Below, piece after piece: positions 27,295 through 40,830 of a stretch of DNA of 64,000 nt (positions within the stretch are counted from its first letter, which is position 1; each line of letters opens with the position of its first letter). A program made the translations under genes and the position numbers. The stretch spans positions 10,230,001 to 10,294,000 of the forward strand of contig NC_043002.1 in NCBI RefSeq assembly GCF_006345805.1, in the 5' to 3' direction. This DNA comes from Octopus sinensis (taxonomy: Eukaryota). Under the pieces are notes generated by a model. It saw only the letters and a list, made by a program, of their open reading frames with translations. It did not search any database and was not told the DNA's origin.

Positions 27295-28829
27295 AGAATC
27301 AATAATATGTAGAAGAATAAATACATTTAGTTGGATATCTTCAGGGACAGAAGAACAACGAAATAAACTAAGTCGAGAACAGTGTTTTCAAATATTCAAA
27401 TGTAAACAATAATTTAATAATATAATAATATAAGCGATTAAGGGACATAAATTTAATTATATGGGATGTTGTGGGTTGTTAAGGGTATTAAAGACAGAAT
27501 GAGAGATGAAATAGGTACTTGAGGGGAAAAAACGTAAATGATTTTGGGAAACAGAAGAGGAAATTAACTCTGTATATACTATAATAACTATTAATTATTT
27601 ATCAATTCTATATACTAACATATATATTCCAGTATTGAGAGAAAAGTTATTGTTTAAATATTTCAGAGATGAATATGAATATTTATACGAAGAAAATATA
27701 ATAAGTGTACAGAGAGGAAAAGGTAGAATTTATGAGGGGGGAAATAACGAAAAGGGAAGAAATGTGAGAAAAACACATATGATGTTAGGAGGGTCGGGGA
27801 AATATTCGTTAATATTATACTACGATGTTGTGTTTAGAATGTTATACGGAGAAATGTTATAATAATTATTATATAAATTCATTAGTTACTATAATTTATT
27901 AGTTTATTTTGCATATTCTTAGTTTATGCATGTGTATGCAAGTATAGTATTGGTATATCCCATTTATTTTCATTAGAAATTAAATAAAGAATTTTGACAA
28001 ATACGATTATTTATTTCCCCCCACTGTAGATTATTTTTTAATGTTCGGATAATTTTGGTATAAGAGCTTTTGAATGTTTGAGAGATCAATGGATTAAATT
28101 TATACATATATTATGATCATTGTTTTGATAATTAACCGTGCTTATATCCTGGATTTAATATGTGTGTTACATGGGTATCCTTAATACGGAAAAGTTTAAT
28201 TGATGGACTATTGAATATGCTATTTAAAATTTCAATGTTGGTATATATATGGAAGAAAAAATATATTGGAATTCACCAAGAAGTGGATATTATATAGTAT
28301 GGCATATTATATAGTATGGATATTATATAGTATGGCATAGCTATTATATAGTATGGCATAGAGTTAAGAATAAATTAATAATAGAATTTGGGGTCAAGTT
28401 TTGGAGTTTAAATAAAAATTGAATACAGGTGAGTTAATTAAAGGAAATAGAAGTAGGGGCTATGGTTTTATATATGGAGTATAAGTATGGTGGGATTAGC
28501 AATGGAGAGGATGTTACATTGTTGTATTATGATAAATTTGATATTAACTATAATGTTCGTAATTAAAAATATTAATATTAATATTAAGGGTTAAATAATG
28601 ATTATGGTGATAAAAAATGAGGGTTATAATTATGCTTCTAATTAGAAATAATGTCATTGAATAATATGAAGATGGAATCTAAATGCTAATCATTCTATTT
28701 GAATATTAAAAAGTAGGATTTTTCCATTAAAGATGTGATTAGGATGGAGTGTCTGCACCATCGGAATAAAGTATGCTTATAATATATAAAGTAATATATT
28801 ATTGTAATTATATCCAGTGCATTCTATGT

Positions 28830-29345
28830 TATTATTACAATATAGTGAAATGATATCCTCCATCAGGCATTTGCCATACTCTGAACGTCTTACTTCCCTG
28901 GACATGGACACATCGAAACTCCGACGTCTGGCAGCTGACTAGGCAGACACCCATAAAATTATCAACCATCGCACAAACAATAACTCTGAGCACCTTTTCA
29001 GACTCCACCCATCTAACACCCGTGGACATATTTACAAAGTCAGAAAACAGCACAGCTCCCATGACTTTAGGAAACATTTTTTCACGCTGAGAGTTGCTGA
29101 AGCATGGAACAAACTGCCGGCATCAGTTGTTAGTTGTCGGAGCACTGCATCCTTCAAAACTTCCATGCTTTCTGAGATTCGCCAACACTACACCTGATTT
29201 TCTCCCCTCCATACACACACAAGCATGTACCTGACTCATGCATTTTTCGCTTTCCAGACATTTGTACACTACTGCATGTGCTTTATATGCACTGTCTGAC
29301 AAGTTGTGGTGCACCTGAGCACTGTATACAATAATTTCATTATTA
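28830..29345 (+). mobile_element. CR1-type LINE 3' fragment
   Basis: Translates to YSERLTSL...RRLAAD*ADTHKII...TRGHIYKVRKQHSSHDFRKHFFTLRVAEAWNKLP; (ATT) tail. Confidence 0.8.
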
Positions 29346-30129
29346 TTATATTATTATATAATTTCATTATTATTATATATGTATTTAAAAACAATTATAT
29401 GATTATATAAATTTGGAAAAAGTATATTTATGTGCATGTAAACATTATCAATAATTTTCGGATTTATCATTTAAAAGATTTTGCATAGAGAATAGTAAGC
29501 AATACGTTTCATCTAGGCAGAGAGAGCAAGTCTTGGCTGATGGTCAATAGGGTAGAGCATTATTTGATCTTTCCATCGAATTTTATAAGTTGTATTTTTA
29601 AGTTACCACATAAATTTAATGTCCTGTATTACTTCTTTTATTAATATTTCTAAAAGATGCTTCATGTTTGGCGATACGAGATTTCACGTTGCACGCCGTT
29701 GCTCGAACATAACAGAAATATATACCTTCGGCTTCAACTGTAGTTTGGTATACTAGGTTTCTACGTTTACAGGAATTGCTAAATTTACAATTTTCTTAAA
29801 TCTACAGTCGCATTATTATATGTGTCGATTGTGTATGTATTACTGGTTCAGATTAGTCTAGGTATAATATTAGTGTCATTTTTGGTATTATTTGTGTTTC
29901 TAGTTGCAAGGGGATTATTTCAATTTGTGTAATACTCCAGTTTAATATTATTAGAAGATGATATATGTTTTAAATAAGATTTTAGTTATAGAAATTCCAA
30001 TCCTTATTATATTATTATTAATTATGTTACTGTATTTACTGGAAGAGAAATGTTATCTACTATGGAACGGATTACTCTTATGAAGTTTGTCTTTATCTGG
30101 TTGCCATAAAGTAAGATAAGCCCAATCGT

Positions 30130-30136
30130 ATCATCG

Positions 30137-30188
<52 letters not shown>

Positions 30189-30227
30189 TATCATCATAAT
30201 CATCACCACCATCATCATCATCATTAC

Positions 30228-30269
<42 letters not shown>

Positions 30270-30270
30270 G
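30130..30270. repeat. Trinucleotide microsatellite (ATC)n(ATT)n; (TTC)n(ATT)n at 35625-35730
   Basis: Directly visible. Confidence 0.95.
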
Positions 30271-30346
30271 CTTGTTGCTGCGTTTATGGTTGCTATCTGC
30301 TGTATGTTTTATATATGGAAAATGTTTCTTACGTTTATATAAACAG

Positions 30347-30395
<49 letters not shown>

Positions 30396-30600
30396 ATATA
30401 TATATATATATAGGTAGTTGAATGAATTATCTTATTATGGATAATTCGGTTAACCGATACCTGGGTAGCAAATTCACGTCAGAAAAACACGGTTGAAGCT
30501 ACATGCCAAGGGCAGAGATCACTTTGCTTTCGTGTGGAAATTTGTGTGTTTTTTAATACAAATAAATGAAAGAATGGAGTTGAACGACGATTTAACAAAA

Positions 30601-30699
30601 TTCCTTTATTCTCGACATATCTTTCGAAGGCTGCATATTCCTAATTTCGAAGGAATAAGGGGTGCATTATGCCGCCTTCTCATCAGGAAAAGCAAGGAA
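30601..30699 (-). ncRNA. Inverted copy of the 31007 hammerhead with mutated stem III (GAAAG instead of GAAAC)
   Basis: Reverse complement of the 31007-31104 motif; part of an inverted repeat of about 150 bp (30556-30712 / 30994-31143). Confidence 0.6.
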
Positions 30700-31006
30700 C
30701 TTATGTCAGCATCAAGATGAACAAAAGCTCTTAGATGACTGCCCACACGGAGCCCATAGCGATAATGAGCGTTTCTTTAAAATATTCCGTTATAAGTAGT
30801 GACGTCAAAAATGGTTGAATGTAGAAGATTCTAGAGAGTTCAAGGGTTCAAACTAGGTTGGAAGAGAGAGGTCTAAGAATAGGAAGGTGACAGGGTGCAA
30901 GTCACATGAATGGTGATTTGTTGTTGTTTTGTTTTGTGATTGAGTGTCTATGTGTGTGTATGTATATAACTGCATTCGTGTCTATGTGTGTGTATGCTGA
31001 CGTAAG

Positions 31007-31104
31007 TTCCTTGTTTTTCCTGATGAGAAGGCGGCATAATGCACCCCTTATTCCTTCGAAATTAGGAATATGCAGCCTTCGAAACATATGTCGAGAATAA
31101 GGAA
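31007..31104 (+). ncRNA. Type I hammerhead ribozyme (Penelope-type), extended stem II
   Basis: CUGAUGA 31020-31026; stem II GAAGGC/GCCUUC; GAAAC-AUAU-GUC (31081-31092); stem I UUCCUUGUUUUUC pairs with GAGAAUAAGGAA with one bulge; predicted cleavage after 31092. Confidence 0.8.
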
Positions 31105-31137
31105 TTTTGTTAAATTGTCGTTCAACTTCATTCTTTC

Positions 31138-31191
<54 letters not shown>

Positions 31192-31503
31192 TCACATATA
31201 AGTATAAACAAATTTATGTCAACACAACATAAAAATAAGATATGATTTTCTTTGCACATATTATTGACTGCTGTTAAATCAATACTCTGAATTTCTTAAA
31301 ATTCTGCATGAAGATCATTGGATTTACTTGTCATAGATGGGGATTTACCTGGGATCTGTATTCTACACACATTTACTGGTATCTACCCGTTGGAAATTTA
31401 CCTTATTTCTCTATACTGAGTGCTTATTTGATACCTGCCAGGATTTTTAAATCCCACTTTTCTGATATATATATATAAATGTGTGTGTAGTATATATGCA
31501 TGC

Positions 31504-31549
<46 letters not shown>

Positions 31550-31560
31550 TATATATATAC

Positions 31561-31727
31561 TTTATTTAAAGCAGCAGAAAATTCACACAAAACCTGTTAC
31601 TCTGAGTTTCCCGTTGCCGTTTATCGGACAGTTTTTGCTAGAATTCTAGCAAAAACTGTCTGATGAACGGCAACGGGAAACTCAGAGTAACAGTTTTTGT
31701 TGAATTTTCTGCTGCTTTAAATAAAGC
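31561..31727. repeat. Palindrome of about 165 bp formed by two head-to-head Penelope pLTR-like pieces
   Basis: Centred on gctagaattctagc; arms begin tttatttaaagcagcagaaaattc and end gaattttctgctgctttaaataaa. Confidence 0.88.
31650..31699 (+). ncRNA. Minimal type I hammerhead ribozyme (Penelope-type)
   Basis: 10-bp stem I CAAAAACUGU/ACAGUUUUUG; CUGAUGA 31660-31666; short stem II CG-GCAA-CG with an A/G closing mismatch; GAAAC-UCAGA-GUA; predicted cleavage after 31689. Confidence 0.68.
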
Positions 31728-31817
31728 ATATTACTCTACCACTGGTATTTGAGTACTCTTTTTTCCACCTTGTTTCACATTTATGTGTTTACTCCGGTAT
31801 ATATATATATATATATA

Positions 31818-31891
<74 letters not shown>

Positions 31892-32639
31892 AAGTGTGTG
31901 TATGTATGCATTATGTGTGTATATATATATATATATAAAAATATAGCATGAACGGATATTATACAGGTAAATATATAAAATGAATAGCAGCGAACCTTAC
32001 CTTCCGCATTTAAACCTATATCTCTGGTTGAATGTGGAGAGTAGATACTCAGTTTTCTCTTAACCCCGCCCCACCTACCATGCTTAAGGCCACCAAGGCT
32101 ACAAGTCTTACCCTTAAAATATATTACATATATATGCTGTTCCCTGCTATAAAACTATCTTAAACATTTGTTTTGATTTCGCAAAATCGTTCTGTGACCA
32201 GCGATGTTTGTGGAATCACAAAAGATGCACTTGTTGTAGATTTTAAATGTTCCTAATATTGTGATTCGTGTACTCATCTGAAGAAAACGTTTTTTTATAA
32301 TGTTATAAAGTACCTATTAATCAATTATAAAATTCGATGGAAATAGCTCTAATGAATTGACATCTATATATGAGCATACAAACACAACTGAAATACAAAC
32401 GTATTGTAATATTGTGTCATAATAATTCAATATGAAAATTACATGAAAACAATATGTCAGTGAAATAAACCGCCGGTTCGCAGTGTTAACTTGAGGAGGA
32501 GGTTAATTAGTTGATCTGAAATCGCCAATGAGAGAATCCTTATGTAAAAGTATGTGATACCTAGTAAGGGGCCTAGGCAAATTTTCAGAAAGAGTATGGA
32601 GAGTAGTGTATGAGCTGCACGCAAGCGTACGAGTGGCTC

Positions 32640-32935
32640 AGACGTTTCCAAGATGGCCGAAAATATGCTGTTATTCACGAACTTTCTGGCAGACCTCCAA
32701 ACAGCGGCATTGAGAAAAACAGCTCAGATGTGCAAGCAGCTGTGAGAGGAAATCACCATCTGTGAGTTACCAAAGGATGTGCAGATTAGTTACGGTTCAC
32801 TTCAGTCCATTATCACTGAAGATTTGGGTATGAGACACCTGTCTGTCAAGTTTGTGCCAAAACTGCTATCAGCCGACAAAAAATCTCTCGGGTTTCAGTT
32901 GCACAAGATCTTGATTGTGCCGAGAACATTTTGAT
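32640..32935 (+). mobile_element. Mariner transposase internal fragment
   Basis: Translates to ISYGSLQSIITEDLGMRHLSVKFVPKLLSADKK, a decayed WVPxxL-type motif. Confidence 0.75.
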
Positions 32936-32952
32936 ATATATATATATATATG

Positions 32953-32984
<32 letters not shown>

Positions 32985-33198
32985 CACACGAGTAAGCAGA
33001 AGAAGGTGGAAAAAATACTACTCGACTACCGAAGGTAAGAGTAAAATGTTTCTTTTTTTTTATTAAAGCTGCAGAATCACCAAAATAACTCTTACTCGAG
33101 GTTTCACGCTTCCGTTTGTCAGACAGATGTGATCAAGACTGGAGTGAAGATTTCAGGCTTATAGTGCTGGTTTTGCAGCTTCAATAATAAATTTCACT

Positions 33199-33241
<43 letters not shown>

Positions 33242-33289
33242 TTATATACACACATATGCAGGAAGTAATAGACATCTATAATTTTCAAA

Positions 33290-33790
33290 ATCTTTTATTT
33301 GATATTAATTGGTTGAAGGAGAGGTTTTCCTCTAGCTGCTTGTCCATAATACCTAAGCGTATTCAGATATGTAACACACTTCCTTGGACTAACTTCTAGC
33401 TGGTTTGCAATGTCAAAAGCCTTCGGACGGGCTTCGTTTCCCACAAGTCTCTTCAAACAGCGAAACTTCCTTTCCGAAGGCCCAGGTCGGCCGGGACAAG
33501 AATCTGTTGATTCTTTTCCTTGGCTTTTGAATAGCACTATAATTCTATTAACAGTCACAACAGGAATTTGAAGATTTTCGGCAATTTTTCCCGCCTAGAA
33601 TTGCCCAACAATACAACCTCTTTAAAAACCTGACATTTCTGCTGAATTTTTTTGTGCGTGGCATGGTTACGCTTCGCAAATGTTTAATATAATGGCACCT
33701 GGAATGAAAAAAAATAATTACATTGTAAATCCTACACCGCTGAAAACATATTAAGTCACTTAGATCAGGAATTTCGAAAATTAAAGGTGT
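33290..33790 (-). mobile_element. Tc1-like transposase N-terminal fragment
   Basis: ORF 33295-33558 has GRP, an HTH-like segment and YYGQAARGKPLL (Tc1 R.ARKKPLL motif). Confidence 0.75.
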
Positions 33791-33970
33791 CTATATATAT
33801 ATATAATATATATATATATATCACGTGACCGACCAGACCATCAGATGTAGTTACATATCGCTGGTCACAATGCGTTCGCATTGTTTTAGCCTTCGAATGA
33901 CGCCACCCCACTGGCTAAGCGAGCAGGCCAACAGAAGAAAGAGTGGGAGAAAGAGTGGTGAAAGAGACAG

Positions 33971-34070
33971 NNNNNNNNNNNNNNNNNNNNNNNNNNNNNN
34001 NNNNNNNNNNNNNNNNNNNNNNNNNNNNNNNNNNNNNNNNNNNNNNNNNNNNNNNNNNNNNNNNNNNNNN
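33971..34070. other. Assembly gap (100 N, real size unknown)
   Basis: Run of N. Confidence 0.99.
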
Positions 34071-34570
34071 TTTACTAAACCGGTAATTCTCAGACTGCAG
34101 TTTCTTTCTTTTCAGCAATAAAGATAATTTATTTGCCCAGGGAGAATTCTTCAGTGAGACCCTGTTTTTCTGGGATCCTAACTCACTAGAAGCATGTGCG
34201 TCTAATGAATTACTCTCCTAACTAATCATATCACTGCGCAGACCCGAACGACCGACAACACTAGGGCATTCTGGTATATCGCCTGGCGCTCATAATTTAT
34301 CGAGAAATATGTAAACAAATCAAATTGCGATAAAATAAAAATAATTATAATCGCTGGTATTACTAACACAAGCCATATATTTTTCATATATCAGTACATT
34401 AAGGCGAAATATGTGCTAGGAATACAGAAGCTTGATAAATTAAGTGAATGAAGATAAAAACATTTAACTAAACCGGTAATTCTCAGACTGCAGTTCTTTC
34501 TTTTCAGCAATAAAGATAATTTTTTGCCCAGGGAGAATTCTTCAGTGAGACCCTGAAATATATATATAAT

Positions 34571-34613
<43 letters not shown>

Positions 34614-34619
34614 CTCTTC

Positions 34620-34995
34620 TACTATTTTACTTGTTTCAGTCATTGACTGCGGCCATGCTGGAGCACCGCCTTTAATCGAGCAACTCGACCCCGGGACTTA
34701 TTCTTTTGTAAGCCCAGTACTTATTCTATCGGTTTCTTTTGCCGAACCGCTAAGTAACGGGGACATAAACACACCAGCATCGGTTGTCAAGCAATGCTAG
34801 GGGGACAAACACAGACACACAAACACACATACATATATATATATACATATATACGACGGGCTTCTTTCAGTTTCCGTCTACCAAATCCACTCACAAGGCT
34901 TTGGTTGGCCCGAGGCTATAGTAGAAGACACTTGCCCAAGGTGCAACGCAGTGGGACTGAACCCAGAACCATGTGGTTGGTAAACAAGCTACTTA
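34620..34995 (-). mobile_element. SINE family C
   Basis: Reverse complement of family C. Confidence 0.85.
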
Positions 34996-35032
34996 CCGCA
35001 CAGCCACTCATGTGCCTATATATATATATCTA

Positions 35033-35081
<49 letters not shown>

Positions 35082-35083
35082 AT

Positions 35084-35131
<48 letters not shown>

Positions 35132-35678
35132 GTGAAACTATGTGGAAAAAACATAAAAAGTGGAAGAGAAATGCCTTCGTTTCATATAGTTTAATATCTT
35201 TTTATATATGGATTTCGCAATTTAAATTAGCTTTTCAAGGGACACTGTACAGCAATCAATTCTCAGACAGAGGAGTCTCGTCATTTTGGATGTTGTATAT
35301 ATATATATATATATATACACACAGCAAATAAGTGAAATCTAGAGACGCTCAATACAGAAAACACTTTTTGATCAAACGATATGAGCTACGTGGACTAGGA
35401 CGACGGATGTAGTGAGCAACAAAAGAAATACACTTGAGCTGATATGAAGATAGCGCTGTAGGTAAAGTCGATCAAGCGTGTTATATATTAATATACGTAC
35501 ATATATACACACGGGCACGGTAACATCATTGCTTTTGTCTGCCGTAAGGCTTAATTCTCACTCAATACGCCAGCTGAATTCAATTCGTCCCCAGTCGAAA
35601 GATGCCTGTTGTTATGTCCTGTTGTTATTCTTCTTCTTCTTCTTCTTCTTCTTCTTCTTCTTTCTTCTTCTTCTTCTT

Positions 35679-35709
<31 letters not shown>

Positions 35710-36337
35710 TTATTATTATTATTATTGTTGTTTTTGTATTTATATTCGTATTATTTTTTGTTTTTTTTTTGTATTTATATTCGTTTAACATCGTCCGTTT
35801 TTCTGTCCTTGTTTCGTACACATTTGATCTTTTTCCCGAGGAATCTAATGCTCTAAGCTTAGTTTTTCTTTGGGGCTGGCCAGATTGGAGCAATCTCAAG
35901 ATTAATCAGCCGAAATTGCGAGGATGATCCGGTTCTTGACTGAAGATTAAAGGCTTCGAATGACCCGTCCGTGTTTTTTGTATCGTTTATTTGGATGTTT
36001 TGCGTTCTTGTCCCAATTGTATATTTTATATACATATACACACACACACGCGCATAGTCACACATATCTATGTATAAGGTTATAAAATATAAAAGTGCAA
36101 GTATAAAAGGAAAATATTATTTCACCAATTGACATCCATACAGCGCTGATGTTTTCGCAGCCTTTTATCATATGAAAGCAATTTATTTTATTGTATAAAA
36201 AATAAATAAGTAAATAATAAATCGTTTTACATAACTGAATGAATATATATCATATAATGCAGTTGTATAATACATAAATTAATTGCAGTGTGAATTCTTG
36301 TACTTTCATTTCATCGCCCCAATACATATATGTGTGT

Positions 36338-36722
36338 GGAAGCACTCCGTCGGTTACGACGACGAGGGTTCCGGTTGATCCGAATCAACGGAACAGCCTG
36401 CTCGTGAAATTAACGTGTAAGTGGCTGAGCACTCCACAGACACGTGCACCCTTAACGTAGTTCTCGGGGATATTCAGCGTGACACAGAGAGTGACAAAGC
36501 CGGCCCTTTGAAATACAGGTACAACAGAAACAGGAAGTAAGAGTGAGAGAAAGTTGTGGTGAAAGAGTACAGCAGGGATCACCACTACACCCTGCCGGAG
36601 CCTCGTGGAGCTTTTTTAGGTGTTTTCGCTCAATAAACACTCACAACGCCCGGTCTGGGAATCGAAACCGCGATCCTATGACTGCGAGTCCGCTGCCCTA
36701 ACCACTGGGCCATTGCGCCTCC
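36338..36722 (-). mobile_element. SINE family B
   Basis: Near-full reverse complement of 21958-22337; empty site near 16820. Confidence 0.85.
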
Positions 36723-38039
36723 ACACATACATGTATAACGCAGAGAGATTACATTGAAATACTGATATATACATGAGAATCAGCAAAAACATAAGGAAAA
36801 ATGGTTTATGGGAGGAGGAAGATTTAACACAATATTGAAAACTAAAAACTGGATTATGGTGGCGGAAGAACGTAAGATATATACTTGACATCTATAGAGC
36901 GATGATCGTTTCGCAGCCTTTATCATATTGAAACAATTTATTTTATGATATCATAATTAAATATATGAATAAATAAATAAATACATTAATACATAATAGA
37001 TTATTTCACATACCTGTATAAATCTATATTATATAATTCAGTTGTATAATGTATGGACGTCAATTATATATCTTACTTTCTTCAACCAACGTAATCCACT
37101 TTTTACTTTTCAATATTTTAAAAATCTCCCTCCTCCATTCTATAGTAAACGGTTTAATTTATTTTATAGAACATTATATATCTGTCGTTAAAACCTAGAA
37201 GTAAAAAAGAGAAAGGAAAAGCGGAACTAGAGGAAATTTTGTATATATATTCTACTTGAAACAAAGGGATTAATATGAAAAAGAGGAGAAATAAATTGAA
37301 AGTAAAAAATATATAAGTCAAAAATTAAGATGAATGAAGGGACACGGGGCATGCACAGTATTAATTATTTTTATATATTGTAGTCATGGAAATATATAAG
37401 TTAAACTAATCATTGGTATGCTTCCGCTCCATTATCTTGCTTAATAATCTGTATGAGTATTTACCCGTTTGATAAAAATATTTGATTGGTTATATAGTTG
37501 AATTTAACCACATGGAATATAACAACCATTGAATTGACCACACGAAATATAACAGACACGGTTGGGCAAATTCTTTTTGCTAAGTTGAAGGGGATATTCG
37601 TTTTGATATGTTTCGGGTGTAATGGGCTAAAGAGAAGATATTGTTTCGATAAATCTCAGTTACGGTTTGATTGTTGACATTTTTATCATAATATATAAGA
37701 AAGGGAGTTGTTCTTTGCTATATTCGATTGTGAATTAAATGTTAAGGTTTATGTTTTTTTAGTATTGGGTTAAATTCCAAGAGATTATCGATAAAGCAGT
37801 CGTCCAGATATCTTTTCTTCATTTCTCTTATCCAAAATCTAATTTCTTTGCAAGAACATTTACAGAAAGAAAATTTATTTATCGAAAAATACAGAACACG
37901 CCAAAATTTGAACGCAGTATATATTTTAATTCATGTTCACATACATATCACTGTAAATATTTCATCTCACTATTTTAGCTTTTAGGCTTTTGTATATTTA
38001 TTTATCCCCTCCCCGAAAAATGAGCAACTACCTTCCCTG

Positions 38040-38530
38040 TCCCAAACAATAACAAATAATCAACAGCCGAAGGCAACCGCCAAAACTTAAGAAACTTCTA
38101 ACCAAAGCAAGATTTGCATCAGAGGAAGAAATTAGGCAAATTACCAAATGTGATTTAATAGAACAGGGACCAGCTAAAAAATTTAGGAATAGAAACGAAT
38201 TAAATGTGACCGCAAATATGAACTGTAAAAGCAAAAGCCTGATAGATTGTATCACATGCCCCCGATGCAACGATCATTATATTGGAGAAACAAAAACGAA
38301 ACTAACCAACCGGTTAAATGTGCACAGACATGAAATAAAATATCCCGCACTTAGATGCATACCATGCAGTGATCATTTGGACACCTGCGCACGAGGAAAA
38401 TTTAAAATGTTCATTTTTCATAAAATAAATGAAGAGAACCACCTTCTCCGGAAGGCAAAAGAAGGATATTTCATAAGATTTCTGATTTCGAAACTAAACC
38501 GGAAAGAGTCAAAACAATTTTACTGAAAAC
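38040..38530 (+). mobile_element. Penelope-like element 3' end, GIY-YIG endonuclease
   Basis: RQPPKLKKLLTKARF followed by ORF 38206-38526 with CKSKSLIDCITCPRCNDHYIGETKTKLTNRLNVH; inserted at the end of the Z' block. Confidence 0.88.
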
Positions 38531-38916
38531 AACTTTCACTATACGTAATAACACGTATATGAAAACGTTAAGAACTGAAAGCGCTTGCACATCTATGAAA
38601 GCAAAAGCCACACACAACGTGTATAATCTCTTCATAAAGGTTAGTGCCTTTCGACTTTCTAAAAAGGTTCTTTTCTCAATCTTAACTGTTTGAGAAAAAA
38701 AATCTTTGGAGTATTTTGGAAATTCCTTGATACAGTTAAAATATTTGGAGAGATATTTTCTCAAAGAGTTAAGATTGAGAAAAGAATTTATGAAATCTCT
38801 TTACGAGGGTTAGTGCCTTTCGACTTTCTAAAAAGGTTTTTTCTCAATCTTAACTCTTTGAGAAAAAAATCTCCCCTCCAAATATTATAACTGTGTCAAG
38901 GGATTTCCAAAACACT

Positions 38917-38964
<48 letters not shown>

Positions 38965-38966
<2 letters not shown>

Positions 38967-39180
38967 CTTTACTGCCCACAAGGGGCTAAACATAGAGGGG
39001 ACAAACAAGGACAGACAAAGGTATTAAGTTGATTACATCAACCCCAGTGAGTAACTGGTACTTAATTTATCGACCCCGAAAGGATGAAAGGCAAAGTCGA
39101 CCTCGGCGGAATTTGAACTCAGAACGTAACGACAGACGAAATACCGCTAAGCATTTCGCCCAGCGCGCTAACGCTTCTGC
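38965..39180 (-). mobile_element. SINE family A
   Basis: Reverse complement of the family A body. Confidence 0.8.
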
Positions 39181-39409
39181 ACACACACATACACGCGCGC
39201 ACACACACAAATATATATAGATGAAGGCATGGCTTTGTGATCAGAAGATTATTTCCCAACCACATGGTTCTGGGTTCAGACACCCTGTGTGGCACCATGG
39301 GTAAGTATATTCTTCTATAGCCTCGGGTCAATCATAGCCTTGTGAGTGGATTTGGTAGACGGAAACTGAAAGAAGCGCCTCGTGTTATATGTATATATAT
39401 ATTTAGTGA

Positions 39410-39730
39410 AGGCGTGTGGCTTGGTGGTTAGGGCATTCGGCTCACGATCGTTAGGTCATAAGTTCAATTTCCGGTGACGCGTTGTGTCCTTGAGCAAGAC
39501 ACTTTATTTCACGTTGTTCCAGTCCACTCAGCTGGCAAAAATGAGTTGTACCTGTATTTCAAAGGGCCAGGCTTGTCACACTATGTGTCATACTGAATCT
39601 CCCTGAGAACTACGAACTACGTTAAGAGCACTCGTACCTGTGGAGTGCTCAGCCACTTGCACGTTAATTTCACGAACAATCTGTTCCGTTGATCGTATCA
39701 GCTGAGACCTTGTCGTCGTAACCGGAATGC
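39410..39730 (+). mobile_element. Diverged SINE related to family B (partial copies also at 7010-7310, 15520-15690, 33820-33970)
   Basis: tRNA-like head and shared 3' body ctcagccacttgcacgttaatttcacga. Confidence 0.7.
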
Positions 39731-39732
39731 TC

Positions 39733-39809
<77 letters not shown>

Positions 39810-39814
39810 CATAC

Positions 39815-39848
<34 letters not shown>

Positions 39849-40439
39849 GTGTGTATATATATATATACATATATGTAAGTATGTATGTATATTTCTTTCT
39901 ACGTATGAGTATCTGGGTTTGTTCCTGCCCTATCCCTTCACAACCGCTGTTGGTATATATATATATCCACTATCGTAGCAGTTCACCAAAATAGAAAGAT
40001 AGAATAAGTACTATGCTTACAGAAAAAGTAAAGTATTTGGTTCTATACATTCGGCTATAAACTTTTCAGCATGGTCGCCATCTAATGACTGAAACACGTA
40101 ATAAATAAATGATAAAAGATAGGTGACTTAACATTTATGCCTGAAAAAATATGTACTCGTATATTTTTCAATAGTGTGTGTATATTAATCGAAGTGTCTA
40201 GTGTTATTTGTATATTACGACTTAACCTATGAATCGATTTCGCACTGGGTGTTAAACTTGATGGTATATAACAGACTGATTATCTAACACTACGCTCATC
40301 TGACAGCTCTAATAAATATAGAGATACATAAGCGGGCTGCTGTGTAACATCCGGTTTGATATACAGTGTGAAAACTATTGTAAGATCGGAATGTATATAT
40401 ATATATATATATATATATAATACAATACAATAAAGTAAA

Positions 40440-40830
40440 TGAGTTGCCGAGCTGACAGAAATATTAGCACGCCGAGCGAAATGCTTACCGGTATTTCGTC
40501 TGTCGGTACGTTCTGAGTTCAAATTCCACCGAGGTCGACTTTGCCTTTCATCCTTTCGGGGTCGATAAATTAAGTTTCAGTTACGCACTGGGGTCGATAT
40601 AATCGACTTAATCCGTTTGTCTGTCCTTGTTTGTCCCCTCTATGTTTAGCCCCTTGTGGATAATAAATAAACAGGTATTTCGTCTGTATTTACGTCTGTA
40701 TTTACGTTCTAAGATCAAATTCCGATGAGGTCAACTTTGACACTTATCCTTTCAGGGTCGATAAATTAAGAACCCGTTGCGTACTGGGGTTGATCTAATC
40801 GAATGGCTCCCTCGCCAAAATTTTCGGATC
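40440..40830 (+). mobile_element. SINE family A, diverged dimer
   Basis: Family A head and body plus a degenerate second unit. Confidence 0.8.

Noticed and set aside
27400-28800. Purine-rich AT tract with a short attatatagtatgg tandem repeat (similar tract at 8940-9600)
   Set aside because: Possibly a decayed retroelement, but I could not identify any protein motif or termini.
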